Origin: Lepidodermella squamata
Lineage: Eukaryota; Animalia; Gastrotricha
Direction: 5' to 3'
Assembly: GCA_047495785.1 (NCBI GenBank)
Contig: JBLDXI010000103.1
Coordinates: 124,001-188,000, forward strand
Length of the DNA: 64,000 nt
Made by a program: the position numbers and the translations under genes. Shown in pieces: positions 12,671 to 23,687 of the stretch (position 1 is the first letter of the stretch; every line of letters begins with the position of its first letter). The notes under the pieces were generated by a model. The model saw only the letters and a program-made list of their open reading frames with translations. It did not search any database and was not told where the DNA came from.

Positions 12671-12947
12671 CATTTCAAGGCTTTTTAGTGACCGGAGGAA
12701 ACCACCGCGGATCCGTAAATGTGCTTATTGCATGGGATTGTACTTCAGGCTCGAGTAAGTCAATTGCAGGAGCGTACGAGAATAAATAAAGAAATATGAT
12801 GAAACCTAAATCATATCATGGTTCTTAGCGCATGCCGAATTAGCCTCGTCCGCGGTGCCCACGTCATGCCGACCTGTGCTTTTCCTCACATTCGTAGCGT
12901 CAATTTTTGACCTGACTTTGAAGTATTTCGAAATTGAAGCTTTCAAA

Positions 12948-15594
12948 ATGACATCCGTATTCTACGCGCTCATACTGCTCTGTACTATCAAAGTAATTTT
13001 ATCGCAAAAACCGAATCGAATGTCAATCCTGCTGCTGAACCCTATCACAGGCAATCCACCATCAACAGGTCTTGGCTGCTATATCGGGGCCAAAATCGCC
13101 GTAGACACAGCTAACAATCGATCCGACTTTCTACCCGATTATCACATTGAAATCCAACACGAAGACGAAGCTGCTGGGAGCCAAGCAACCCGTCAAGCTG
13201 TTAACTACTTCCGAAGCTTCGAAAATAGCAACAGATCCAATGAGATTCAGTCACCCATTATTATGGGTCCAATATTTTCGGGTGGCTGCAAAGCCATGGC
13301 ACCAGCTTTGCATCACTTCAACGCCCTAACTTTTTCAATATGCTCATCCCCATTTCTAGCGGATCGCTCGAAATACCCGAATCTCTACTTGATGCGATCG
13401 ACAAGTCGCGTCCTAACAATGGCACAGGTTATGTTCATCAAAAATATCGGACGTTGGCAGAGGTTCGGCATTATCACAAATCCTGGGTCTGTTTACGACT
13501 ACACAACAGCAGCGATTTTACAAGACATTGCGTTGTACTCGGCCAATCTAACGATTGGATATTTCGACATAGTCATGGACATGGATGATGAGTACATAAT
13601 GGCGTTGAAGATGAGTGACGTCAGGATTGTATCGGTTGTAACTTCGATTGCGAGGCTGGTCTTTCGGTTTCTGTGTCAAGCTCATAAATTCGGGCTAACT
13701 GGGCCGAGATACGTTTTTCTAATGATTGGGAGCACGTATTCCGACCCTTTGACCATGGCGGATCCTGTACTACCAGGATGCTCGAAAGCAACTTTTATCG
13801 AACAAATGAAAGTAAGTGACAAGCGGTATTTTTGAGCGGGAAAATATGGGCAGACTGTTTTTCAAAGATTTTTTGAATTTTAAGAAATTGAAAAAAATTC
13901 TGTAATTAGAAAATCTCAGCTGAACAATTTTGAAAGTTAAATTTTGAAAATTTGAAAATTCATTGGATCCATTTTAAAATTGATTAGTTTCACGACTATA
14001 ATTATTGTCGATTTACAAGTACTTCTTCTTTTTACAGTATTCCTACTGGATTGCTCCGATCATGTCTACCCTTGATGCTGATATCGTGTCTCCGTTGAAC
14101 CATACGCTGGCTAATTTCGATCAAATCTACGATCGATATTCAAACTACGCACCTCGCACGTTCGACTACGAGTGGCGCTTTTTGTGCTACGACAACATGA
14201 TGCAAACCCTCCTGGCGCTCGATAAATCCGAGAATCAGCTGAAGAACCTAAATCTCAGCCTTAAAAACACGAAAACTCACGCAGAACTAATCAGCCATCT
14301 CGTCAACCAAACTGCGATGAACATCGAATACTTCGGGCTGAGAGGCGGGAAGTTCAGCTATAATAAGCAGGGTGAGGTCGATGCTGACGTCCAAACCATT
14401 AGCTACTGGACCCCTCAGAACAAACTTCAATCCCTCTACACAGTTCACCAATTCTCAAACGCGTCAGGTTACACTTTAGGTAGCTATTGGTTAAGGAAAA
14501 ATCAGGGCATTAATTGGCTGACCAATGACGGCAAACCTCCAAAAGATCGGGTTGGGTTTATTCAGATCTTGGACGTAATTCCAACTTCAGTTCTATACGT
14601 GGTCATATCTGTATCCATCGGCCTTAATTTGGCCATTCTCGCTGGAATCGCGCGGGCTCTTTTAGCAAAAAACGAAGTCCAAACAACGGAAAGTTTTCGA
14701 CTGAATTATTTCGGGCTGATCGGATGTATCACAACGAGCTTGGCTGCCATCACTTTTTCAATAGATCAGCTTCAAGTTTCCGTATTAATTTGGTATCTTC
14801 GTCGCATTCTTCTAGCTTTGGGATTGTCGCTGATCTTCGCAGCTGTGTCTATTCGGCCTATCACGCTGTCGGTCAATATGAAAGTTAAATGGGTTCAGAT
14901 ACCAGGGCTTCATAGTACGACGTCATTCCGAGAAGAAAGTAACTCTCAGCGAAAAAATAGTAACTCTCAGCGGAAGCTTTCAACGACAAGAAGCCGCATA
15001 ATTCAGGTCAGGCCGTTTCAGGAATCTCGATCCTCTCAGCTGGAAAGTGTCTCTCAGATACGACCGGCTTCGTCAATACCCACCAATCCTAAACAAACCA
15101 TTGAAAACATGTTGATAATTGAAAAATTAAGCTTCAACTTAGCTGGCATCGTTGTTCTGCTTGACTCAATTCTAGTTGCGATCTGGCTTGGGCTTTCCAA
15201 TGTGTCTTGCGACCTTGCTAAGTTGTCATCTGTGCTTCAAGAAATGGCGGACATAGTTGTAGAAACTCGTCATATCAAATGCGAGTCTTCAACTGATGAA
15301 ACAGCTTGGATATACGCGTTGTGCGGCGTGAATGCGTTCTTATTGGTTTGTGGAGCAGTTGCATTGGTGAAATTGCGACACATTGCAAAGGCTAGAAAGG
15401 TAGACATTCCTCAGCTGCTCTTCACATCAGTCGCTGTTGTAAATTCAGTTTTGATTTTTCTGGCCGTTTTGCTTGTTACTGCGATTTTGCAGAACCTTGT
15501 GAATAGGCATGTCGCAATAGCTTTTTTCGGACTTATCTTGTCAGCTACAGCGGCTCTGACCTGGTTAGTGCCAACTTTTCAATTCAAAGAATGA
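12948..15594 (+). CDS. Class C GPCR, GABA-B-receptor-like; exons 12948-13811 and 14038-15594, about 806 aa
   Basis: Signal peptide; Venus-flytrap motifs AVDTANNRSDFLPDY, GPIFSGGC, SSPFLADRSKYP, FLCQAHKFGLTGPRYVF, YFGLRG; W...GKPPKD stalk with no Cys-rich domain; seven hydrophobic segments; phase-0 intron 13812-14037. Confidence 0.85.
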
Positions 15595-15950
15595 GTTTGT
15601 TCATTCCAAAATGAATTCAATAAGTCATTCATAACTGGTTTTTTTTCAAACAAAGGTCGACAGGTCCGCAATATCAGAATTTTAATTCAGCATATCGGTC
15701 ATGTAATGTGTGAGCTTATCGTATAAAATTATCGTAAAAGTTATGAACAAAACTTTTTATCAAAACAGTATACTCTTCAAAGAGTTATAACTCCTTCGAT
15801 TAAAACCCCAGCAAACAACGGTTGCTGGGCTTTTGGTGAAAGGACCTTAACCTGCAATGATATTTAAAAACGGATATTAACTTGGGGCAAAGCAAGCATT
15901 TCAAAATTCATTCCGAAGCCAGACTGCTGACTGATGAACTGCTTTTCCTC

Positions 15951-18251
15951 TGAATTCGAAATTCAACTGATTACTTAATATGCCATGTTCTGAAATCCAA
16001 TACAAGCTGTGGTACTGCATCATTCAAATTGAATTGGTCCCGATATTCCGATTTTATATGGTTGACCCAATTCGCGCCAGACGCAGCTGACCAACAAATA
16101 ATTAGCACTCATAACAAAGTTCATCCCAAATGAGACCCCTAATAAATAGGCCGGAGAATGGGATGAAGATCATCTCCAATCGATAATCAATCTCTCGCAG
16201 TATTAGCCTTTAGCGAACAAGCTGCTTAATAAGCTTCGGCAAATATCATCATGAAAACCGTTTTAGTAGCTTTCCTACTTGCTGGCTGCCTAGGCGCAGC
16301 TTTCGGTCGTGATCGCACTACAACGCGTCGCGCGCCAGTTGCGGGCCCACCATCGCCTCCTGCGAACCCGAACCCTCCACCGCCTGCGCCTGGGTTCGAC
16401 GCGAACACGTACTGCTTCGACTGCCTGTCGCGCGCCGCGCAGAAGGACTTCTTCGCGAACCCGCTCGACTGCCACTCGTACTTCCAGTGCCTGTACCTGA
16501 ACGAGACGACGGCGACGGCCATCTTCCAGGTGTGCCAGCCGGGCACCTTCTGGGACGAAGCTCGCCTGACGTGCCGCGCCGAGGGCCCAGTGCCGTGCCA
16601 GCCTTCGCCGTGCTCGAACCCGACCATCGCCGCTGCCGGCTGCTACCAACTGCCCGGCCAAGGCTGCCGCCAGTACTTCACGTGTGGCGCCACCGGCCAG
16701 GAGACTGTCAACTGCTGCCCGTCTGGCGAGCGCATCGACGTCGCAACTTGCACGTGCGTGCCGGACGAGACCTGCACCGGCTTCTGCCTCGCCCTGCCCC
16801 AGACCACGGCCGCCCCAGCGAGTCTGAACGCGAGCGCGTGCTCGGACGCCTTCGGCAACACCCTGGTGGCGCTGCCCGACCGCGAAGACGCGTTCCAACT
16901 CGGCGACTCGACGCTGCCCTGCGCGCCCGGCACCGCCTTCAGCCTCGCCGAGTGCGCCTGCTCCGTCGTGCTGACGACGCCCGAGCCGCCGCTCACTGGC
17001 TCGAATGCCCGCCAGTGCGCCCTCTGGCTGCCTTTCGACACCTCCCTCGAGGACCAGTCCGTCAACCGCTTCCCGACCTTCGCCTACGGCAACGCCCAGC
17101 TCGACGTGACCGCCTCGGCGACTGGCACCACTGGTGGCTCGCTGCAGGTCAACACCGGCCGCCTCGAGATCCCCGGCCTCAAGACGTTCGAGCTCGGCAC
17201 AGGCGAGGGTGCTTCGTGGTGCTTCGAATACCGGTAAGACTATTACATGACCGATGGACTCTACTGAGACCTTGGTTTACTTTTCAAAGTTGCAACGTCG
17301 CCGCCCCGTTCCAGTGCACGCAGTCGGCCGGCGTGCTGTCGAACAACAACAACGCCGCGGCGACGCTGTACACGCTCATCGCCGGCGTCACGCCCACCGA
17401 CAACGTGTTCGCGAGCCTGCGCTCCGACTCGGGCGCCTCCGCCAACCTCACCGCCCCGGCGCCGGCGACCAACGGCGGCTGGACGGCCGTCTGCGTCGTG
17501 TTCAACGCGACCGCGCAGCTCGCCGAGCTCTTCGTCAACGGCGCCCTCGTCGGCAGCGCGCCCGCCGCCGGCCCGCTCGCCCTCGCCCACTGCCCGTACG
17601 TCGTCGGCGACGACCAGGCCCTCGGCGCCTTCACCGGCAACATCGACAACGTCCTCGTCTGCAACACCGTGCTCACCGGCGAGGAAGTCGCCGCCCTGGC
17701 TCAAGGCAACATTGGTGCGCTGCAGACGGCTGGTCTCATTCCGGGTGGCCAGCAGCCAGCCCAGCCGACCACTACTGCTGCGACTGAAGCTCCGCCGGCT
17801 GAAGAAACTACAACTGCCCCTGTTCAAGGAGGTCGCACTACCCGCCGCCCAATCGCTCAGCCGACGACTCGTCCTCGTCCGCAAGTCCGCCCAACCACCC
17901 GCCGCCCGCAAACTGGTCCTCGTCCTCAGCCTGGTAACCAGGGCGCCATTCGCGAGTAAAAATTGTCGATACTTTTGAAAGAACTTTTGAATAACTTCTA
18001 TGATAATTTATTCCCACATGATTCTATGAACAGCTTTGATAAGCAGCTTGCTAACAATGATATGATTGATATGCTGAAATAAAATAATGATGTTGACAAA
18101 TCGAAGTCTTTTTTCCCAAATCAGGCCAAACCTGTCATTTAGCCAAGACTTTGCTGAAATCATTGCTATAGTTTGTCATATGAGTCATCGCCGTATCCTC
18201 GTAGCGATTATTCAAGCAGGGAAGAAAATGAATATTACGCTTGCCAGATAA
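15951..18251 (+). repeat. Left arm of about 2.3-kb inverted duplication (copy B with promoter and 3' flank)
   Basis: Reverse complement of about 20606-22905. The 3' flank appears identical; the 5' flank carries scattered substitutions. Confidence 0.9.
16251..17959 (+). CDS. Secreted ChtBD2 + LamG protein, copy B; exons 16251-17233 and 17290-17959, 550 aa
   Basis: Core matches copy A; different leader (MKTVLVAFLL...PPSPPANPNPPPP); same 56-nt intron as A. Confidence 0.87.
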
Positions 18252-18641
18252 TAAACTCTTGCATTTTTCTCGAATTCGGTTTTTTGTATTTCAATTGTCC
18301 AATCGTCTTTATTCCTCTTGTCCAATGCTGCTGAAGATGGTTGCTGGTCATACGCTCCTAGTGAACCGGGTAACACTTTCCAACACAAATAAAATGATAA
18401 AATGATTATCCTGGAACCTGAATTCTGAAACAATATCGAACCGGGAATGTAATATTCGGTTTCGCTAATCACACGCTCTTGCCAGGCTATTTATGCTATA
18501 CTTCAATTTTAAAAGAAAATCGTCAACGGAAAAATAAAATACTGCCATCTATTTAATCATGTCTTGCATATAATTTTAAAATTCGGCGAATATATAATGT
18601 TTAATTTCCAAACACTTGTTTTTCAATTTACATTGCATGTT

Positions 18642-19823
18642 TCAGTAGCGAACTTTCGACAGGACGAAGGTAGCATACGCCTGCAGACCAGCCAACCAGA
18701 TCACGAACACGAAAAAAGCCCCAGTGTCGACAAGTCGGCAAAACCTAACGTATTTAGGCTGGCCATGGCGGGTGTACACCAGAATTTTCCGACGAGCCTC
18801 ATCGCCGAAAATATCGATAACACCAGCCATTACCACGGAGTAAAGCGACACGAAAAGCGCCAACACGATTTCATTCATGATGTAGCTCGTCATGAAAACA
18901 CTTTGCGACGAACGGGGGGTAATTTCCAGCACGTGGTCGTGTTGCATGATGAACGCTAGCAGGATAGTTACGGCGTACTGCGCTCGTTTAGTCGAATCTG
19001 GCGGAATCAGTGAAGCAATGCTAATCAGCAGCGACAGTATCGCGTTGATAAAAATAATGCTTGTTGTGTAGTACCATGGCGATCTGTGGAGCTTAATGTA
19101 AAACGTGACTTCATCATAGCTGTGAGGCCCAAAGAAGTCGCGAATTGTTTTCGCCTCGAAGCCTCTGAAATTCCAGCTTGATGAGGCTGGAAAAACTATG
19201 CCTTCCATTTGCATAATCTGACTTTCGTTGCTGATTTCGAGATATTTCGAAGTGACAAAAGACGTAATCGTGATGGGGCAAGACTGCGAATCGAACGGGA
19301 AGTCGGCTAGATCAAGTTCGCAGCTAGTTAGCATATCCCCGACTATCAAATACTCGAACATTCCAGTCTCAGGCTGCAGCATCATCATTCTCGTCGTTTT
19401 CTCAGTCATCCCCGTACTAAGAAATGAGTTCCGATTGACGAGCTGTGGCTTCCAGTATTGCGTCTCATTAAGCATTATCGGCACCCCCTCCGTAGTGTAA
19501 TTTAGTTCCCGAGCGATCTGCCGAACGCAAGGCACGAAGTAATTCATTGACACCCCTGCTGTAATACTCATCGCTCCCTTCACATCGTCAATATCGCGAA
19601 ACCGGTCGACTGTGACGACGACCTTGACTTGGGTTGCAACTTGTTCATCTTCTTGCGGGCTCATGGCCTCGGTTGATAGGAGACATCTAGCTCGAATTTC
19701 GCGGCGGAAAATTGTTGAAATTGGCGGGTTGGTCTCCTCATCACTCTTGTTGCTGAACTCACATACTTGTCCCAAGCTAGTCCTTAGAATAGCGATTAAA
19801 AAAGAAATAGATAAAAGCCGCAT
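18642..19823 (-). CDS. Divergent intronless Cys-loop channel subunit, 393 aa
   Basis: Signal peptide, DIDD, YWKPQL, Cys loop CELDLADFPFDSQSC, LHRSPWYY, four TM helices, short M3-M4 loop. Confidence 0.88.
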   Translation of the reverse strand: MRLLSISFLIAILRTSLGQVCEFSNKSDEETNPPISTIFRREIRARCLLSTEAMSPQEDEQVATQVKVVVTVDRFRDIDDVKGAMSITAGVSMNYFVPCVRQIARELNYTTEGVPIMLNETQYWKPQLVNRNSFLSTGMTEKTTRMMMLQPETGMFEYLIVGDMLTSCELDLADFPFDSQSCPITITSFVTSKYLEISNESQIMQMEGIVFPASSSWNFRGFEAKTIRDFFGPHSYDEVTFYIKLHRSPWYYTTSIIFINAILSLLISIASLIPPDSTKRAQYAVTILLAFIMQHDHVLEITPRSSQSVFMTSYIMNEIVLALFVSLYSVVMAGVIDIFGDEARRKILVYTRHGQPKYVRFCRLVDTGAFFVFVIWLAGLQAYATFVLSKVRY

Positions 19824-20524
19824 TAGGAATTTAATAATAAATGACCATATATTTTTTCATTTTGAAGGGCTAAAGATCGATGTTAGTCGCAGTGGGTCAC
19901 ATAAAACAGTAAATTATTTACGTTTATCGCATTTCGGCTCTGAGTTTAACGCAGAATTTTCGAACTTTCCAATGAATTTGTGCCGTAATTTCATAAAAGG
20001 CTCTTATCATCGAACTCGAGGTGAAGTTCGCGAATTATAAGGCAATCGATTATGCACCCATCGACAGTTGGCTTCGCTCCCAATCCATCTATCCCAGCTA
20101 TCATACGTGATATTTAATGTGTCGTAGCAATTTGTGTAATAGCCTTTATTCTATGAATCACCCTTTCTCGTTGACTCCTAAAAGATTCCGAACAGTACCA
20201 AAACCAAAGCCAAAACCCTATCCCAATAGTATTCCATGAAAGCAAACGAGACTTTTCGATGCAAAATAATGGACAATGTTTCGGTGTCGTTAGCATGACG
20301 TCAGTTCCGCCTCGTTCAAGCATTTCAAAATTCAGGTTTCAGGAGGATAACTGCTACGAAAACGTTCATTTTTCGGGTAAATTCTACCCGCCATCCGTTG
20401 AACTGGCTGAGTACTATCATCAGCCACGATCGCCATGAGTGGACGAAAGGAATAAAGTAAAAATAAATATTATACAATTAATAACAGCCAATTCCTGTTA
20501 TACTCGCCAAATTGATCACATCGC

Positions 20525-20564
20525 TAGCGTCGTTAAATAACTCGGATTTAGGCTTGTTTACATC
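20525..20564. mobile_element. Truncated terminal fragment of the hairpin/MITE family seen at 22974-23088
   Basis: TAGCGTCGTTAAATAACTCGGATTTAGGCTTGTTTACATC matches the reverse complement of about 23048-23087 with three mismatches. Confidence 0.6.
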
Positions 20565-20605
20565 TATTTCAAGGTGATAGGTGACAAGTAAAAAAGCTTT
20601 TGTTT

Positions 20606-22905
20606 TTATCTGGCAAGCGTAATATTCATTTTCTTCCCTGCTTGAATAATCGCTACGAGGATACGGCGATGACTCATATGACAAACTATAGCAATGATTT
20701 CAGCAAAGTCTTGGCTAAATGACAGGTTTGGCCTGATTTGGGAAAAAAGACTTCGATTTGTCAACATCATTATTTTATTTCAGCATATCAATCATATCAT
20801 TGTTAGCAAGCTGCTTATCAAAGCTGTTCATAGAATCATGTGGGAATAAATTATCATAGAAGTTATTCAAAAGTTCTTTCAAAAGTATCGACAATTTTTA
20901 CTCGCGAATGGCGCCCTGGTTACCAGGCTGAGGACGAGGACCAGTTTGCGGGCGGCGGGTGGTTGGGCGGACTTGCGGACGAGGACGAGTCGTCGGCTGA
21001 GCGATTGGGCGGCGGGTAGTGCGACCTCCTTGAACAGGGGCAGTTGTAGTTTCTTCAGCCGGCGGAGCTTCAGTCGCAGCAGTAGTGGTCGGCTGGGCTG
21101 GCTGCTGGCCACCCGGAATGAGACCAGCCGTCTGCAGCGCACCAATGTTGCCTTGAGCCAGGGCGGCGACTTCCTCGCCGGTGAGCACGGTGTTGCAGAC
21201 GAGGACGTTGTCGATGTTGCCGGTGAAGGCGCCGAGGGCCTGGTCGTCGCCGACGACGTACGGGCAGTGGGCGAGGGCGAGCGGGCCGGCGGCGGGCGCG
21301 CTGCCGACGAGGGCGCCGTTGACGAAGAGCTCGGCGAGCTGCGCGGTCGCGTTGAACACGACGCAGACGGCCGTCCAGCCGCCGTTGGTCGCCGGCGCCG
21401 GGGCGGTGAGGTTGGCGGAGGCGCCCGAGTCGGAGCGCAGGCTCGCGAACACGTTGTCGGTGGGCGTGACGCCGGCGATGAGCGTGTACAGCGTCGCCGC
21501 GGCGTTGTTGTTGTTCGACAGCACGCCGGCCGATTGCGTGCACTGGAACGGGGCGGCGACGTTGCAACTTTGAAAAGTAAACGAAAGTTTTAGTAGAGTC
21601 CATCGGTCATGTAATATAGTCTTACCGGTATTCGAAGCACCACGAAGCACCCTCGCCTGTGCCGAGCTCGAACGTCTTGAGGCCGGGGATCTCGAGGCGG
21701 CCGGTGTTGACCTGCAGCGAGCCACCAGTGGTGCCAGTCGCCGAGGCGGTCACGTCGAGCTGGGCGTTGCCGTAGGCGAAGGTCGGGAAGCGGTTGACGG
21801 ACTGGTCCTCGAGGGAGGTGTCGAAAGGCAGCCAGAGGGCGCACTGGCGGGCATTCGAGCCAGTGAGCGGCGGCTCGGGCGTCGTCAGCACGACGGAGCA
21901 GGCGCACTCGGCGAGGCTGAAGGCGGTGCCGGGCGCGCAGGGCAGCGTCGAGTCGCCGAGTTGGAACGCGTCTTCGCGGTCGGGCAGCGCCACCAGGGTG
22001 TTGCCGAAGGCGTCCGAGCACGCGCTCGCGTTCAGACTCGCTGGGGCGGCCGTGGTCTGGGGCAGGGCGAGGCAGAAGCCGGTGCAGGTCTCGTCCGGCA
22101 CGCACGTGCAAGTTGCGACGTCGATGCGCTCGCCAGACGGGCAGCAGTTGACAGTCTCCTGGCCGGTGGCGCCACACGTGAAGTACTGGCGGCAGCCTTG
22201 GCCGGGCAGTTGGTAGCAGCCGGCAGCGGCGATGGTCGGGTTCGAGCACGGCGAAGGCTGGCACGGCACTGGGCCCTCGGCGCGGCACGTCAGGCGAGCT
22301 TCGTCCCAGAAGGTGCCCGGCTGGCACACCTGGAAGATGGCCGTCGCCGTCGTCTCGTTCAGGTACAGGCACTGGAAGTACGAGTGGCAGTCGAGCGGGT
22401 TCGCGAAGAAGTCCTTCTGCGCGGCGCGCGACAGGCAGTCGAAGCAGTACGTGTTCGCGTCGAACCCAGGCGCAGGCGGTGGAGGGTTCGGGTTCGCAGG
22501 AGGCGATGGTGGGCCCGCAACTGGCGCGCGACGCGTTGTAGTGCGATCACGACCGAAAGCTGCGCCTAGGCAGCCAGCAAGTAGGAAAGCTACTAAAACA
22601 CTTTTCATGATGATATTTGCCGAAGCTTATTTAGCAGCTTGTTCGCTATAGGCTAATACTGAAAAATTGATTATCGATTGGAGATGATCAACATCCCATT
22701 CTCCGGCCTATTTATTAAGGGTCTCATTTGGGATGAACTTTGTTATGCGTGCTAATTATTTGGCTGTAAGCTGCGTCTGGGGCAAATTGGCGCAACCATC
22801 CACAATCGGAATAACGGAACCAATTCAATTTGAATGATCCAGTTCCACAGCTTGTATTAGATTTCAAAACATGGCATATTATGTAATCAGCTGAATTTCG
22901 AATTC
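20606..22905 (-). repeat. Right arm of about 2.3-kb inverted duplication (copy C with flanks)
   Basis: Reverse complement of about 15951-18251. Confidence 0.9.
20898..22608 (-). CDS. Secreted ChtBD2 + LamG protein, copy C; exons 22608-21626 and 21567-20898, 550 aa
   Basis: Leader and tail as in copy B (T3S change); 58-nt intron as in copy D. Confidence 0.87.
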
Positions 22906-22973
22906 GAAGTAAAATCAGTCAATCCTAGCTTCGAAATGATCTTTCATCTGATGTATAGTTATTTTGTATAGCA

Positions 22974-23088
22974 TTAGCGTCGTTGAATAACTTCGTTGAA
23001 CGTCGTTGTTTACGTCAGTTCAAAATTGAAAGTGACATTTTGGAACTGACGTAAACAAGCCTAAATCCTAGTTATTCAACGACGCTAA
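22974..23088. mobile_element. 115-bp hairpin, MITE-like element
   Basis: Perfect 19-bp terminal inverted repeats TTAGCGTCGTTGAATAACT / AGTTATTCAACGACGCTAA plus an inner inverted pair TTGTTTACGTCAGTTC / GAACTGACGTAAACAA. Confidence 0.7.
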
Positions 23089-23687
23089 CGATATATCGAA
23101 GTTCGTCTTGTGGCTTGGAATTGAGTTTAAAATAAATTCATTCATCAAAATTCAAAATCGATATAAATCGATAGAACGAGCAAATGCACTAACGTCAAAA
23201 TTTTGCAGCAACCATGTGGAAATAACTGGAAATATCGCAGTCGTTACTAAAATTTCTAGAATTAAATTTTAATTTTCTTCAGTAGGTAATTTTGCTCGGA
23301 GCCCTTGGAAACTTAGCCCAGGAACTCGTGTGATTTAATCAATTCCCTTGGATATGTTTTTCAACAAATTGAGAGGAAGTTGACCGTAAAACGTAAAATT
23401 CGGCAGACAGGTTCACTGCTCGCCAAAAATACTAGAAAGCCCGTGCCCAGTTATCACTCCAAGTTGGCCTTTTTTGCCCATTTTGCAAGAATCAGCAACG
23501 GCACTTAAACGCCACATTTTAATTTATTATTTTACGCTGGAGGCATAATATCGATATCAACTTCGTCTTCATTACCAAATTTTGTTGAAAAATAACTCGG
23601 ATTTATCAATGTAGAATAATTTATTTCATCATAATTTTCAAATTCAGATTTTTCGATCTTAACAGAAAGGTTATTGCTCAGATGTTT

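Noticed and set aside
15802-15835. Short hairpin followed by T-run resembling a rho-independent terminator
   Set aside because: Eukaryotic locus; the stem is short, imperfect and likely to occur by chance.
16392-17700. GC-rich island as bacterial contamination or recent horizontal transfer
   Set aside because: It has a spliceosomal intron, an animal-type ChtBD2 architecture and a lower-GC, multi-intron paralog in the same cluster.
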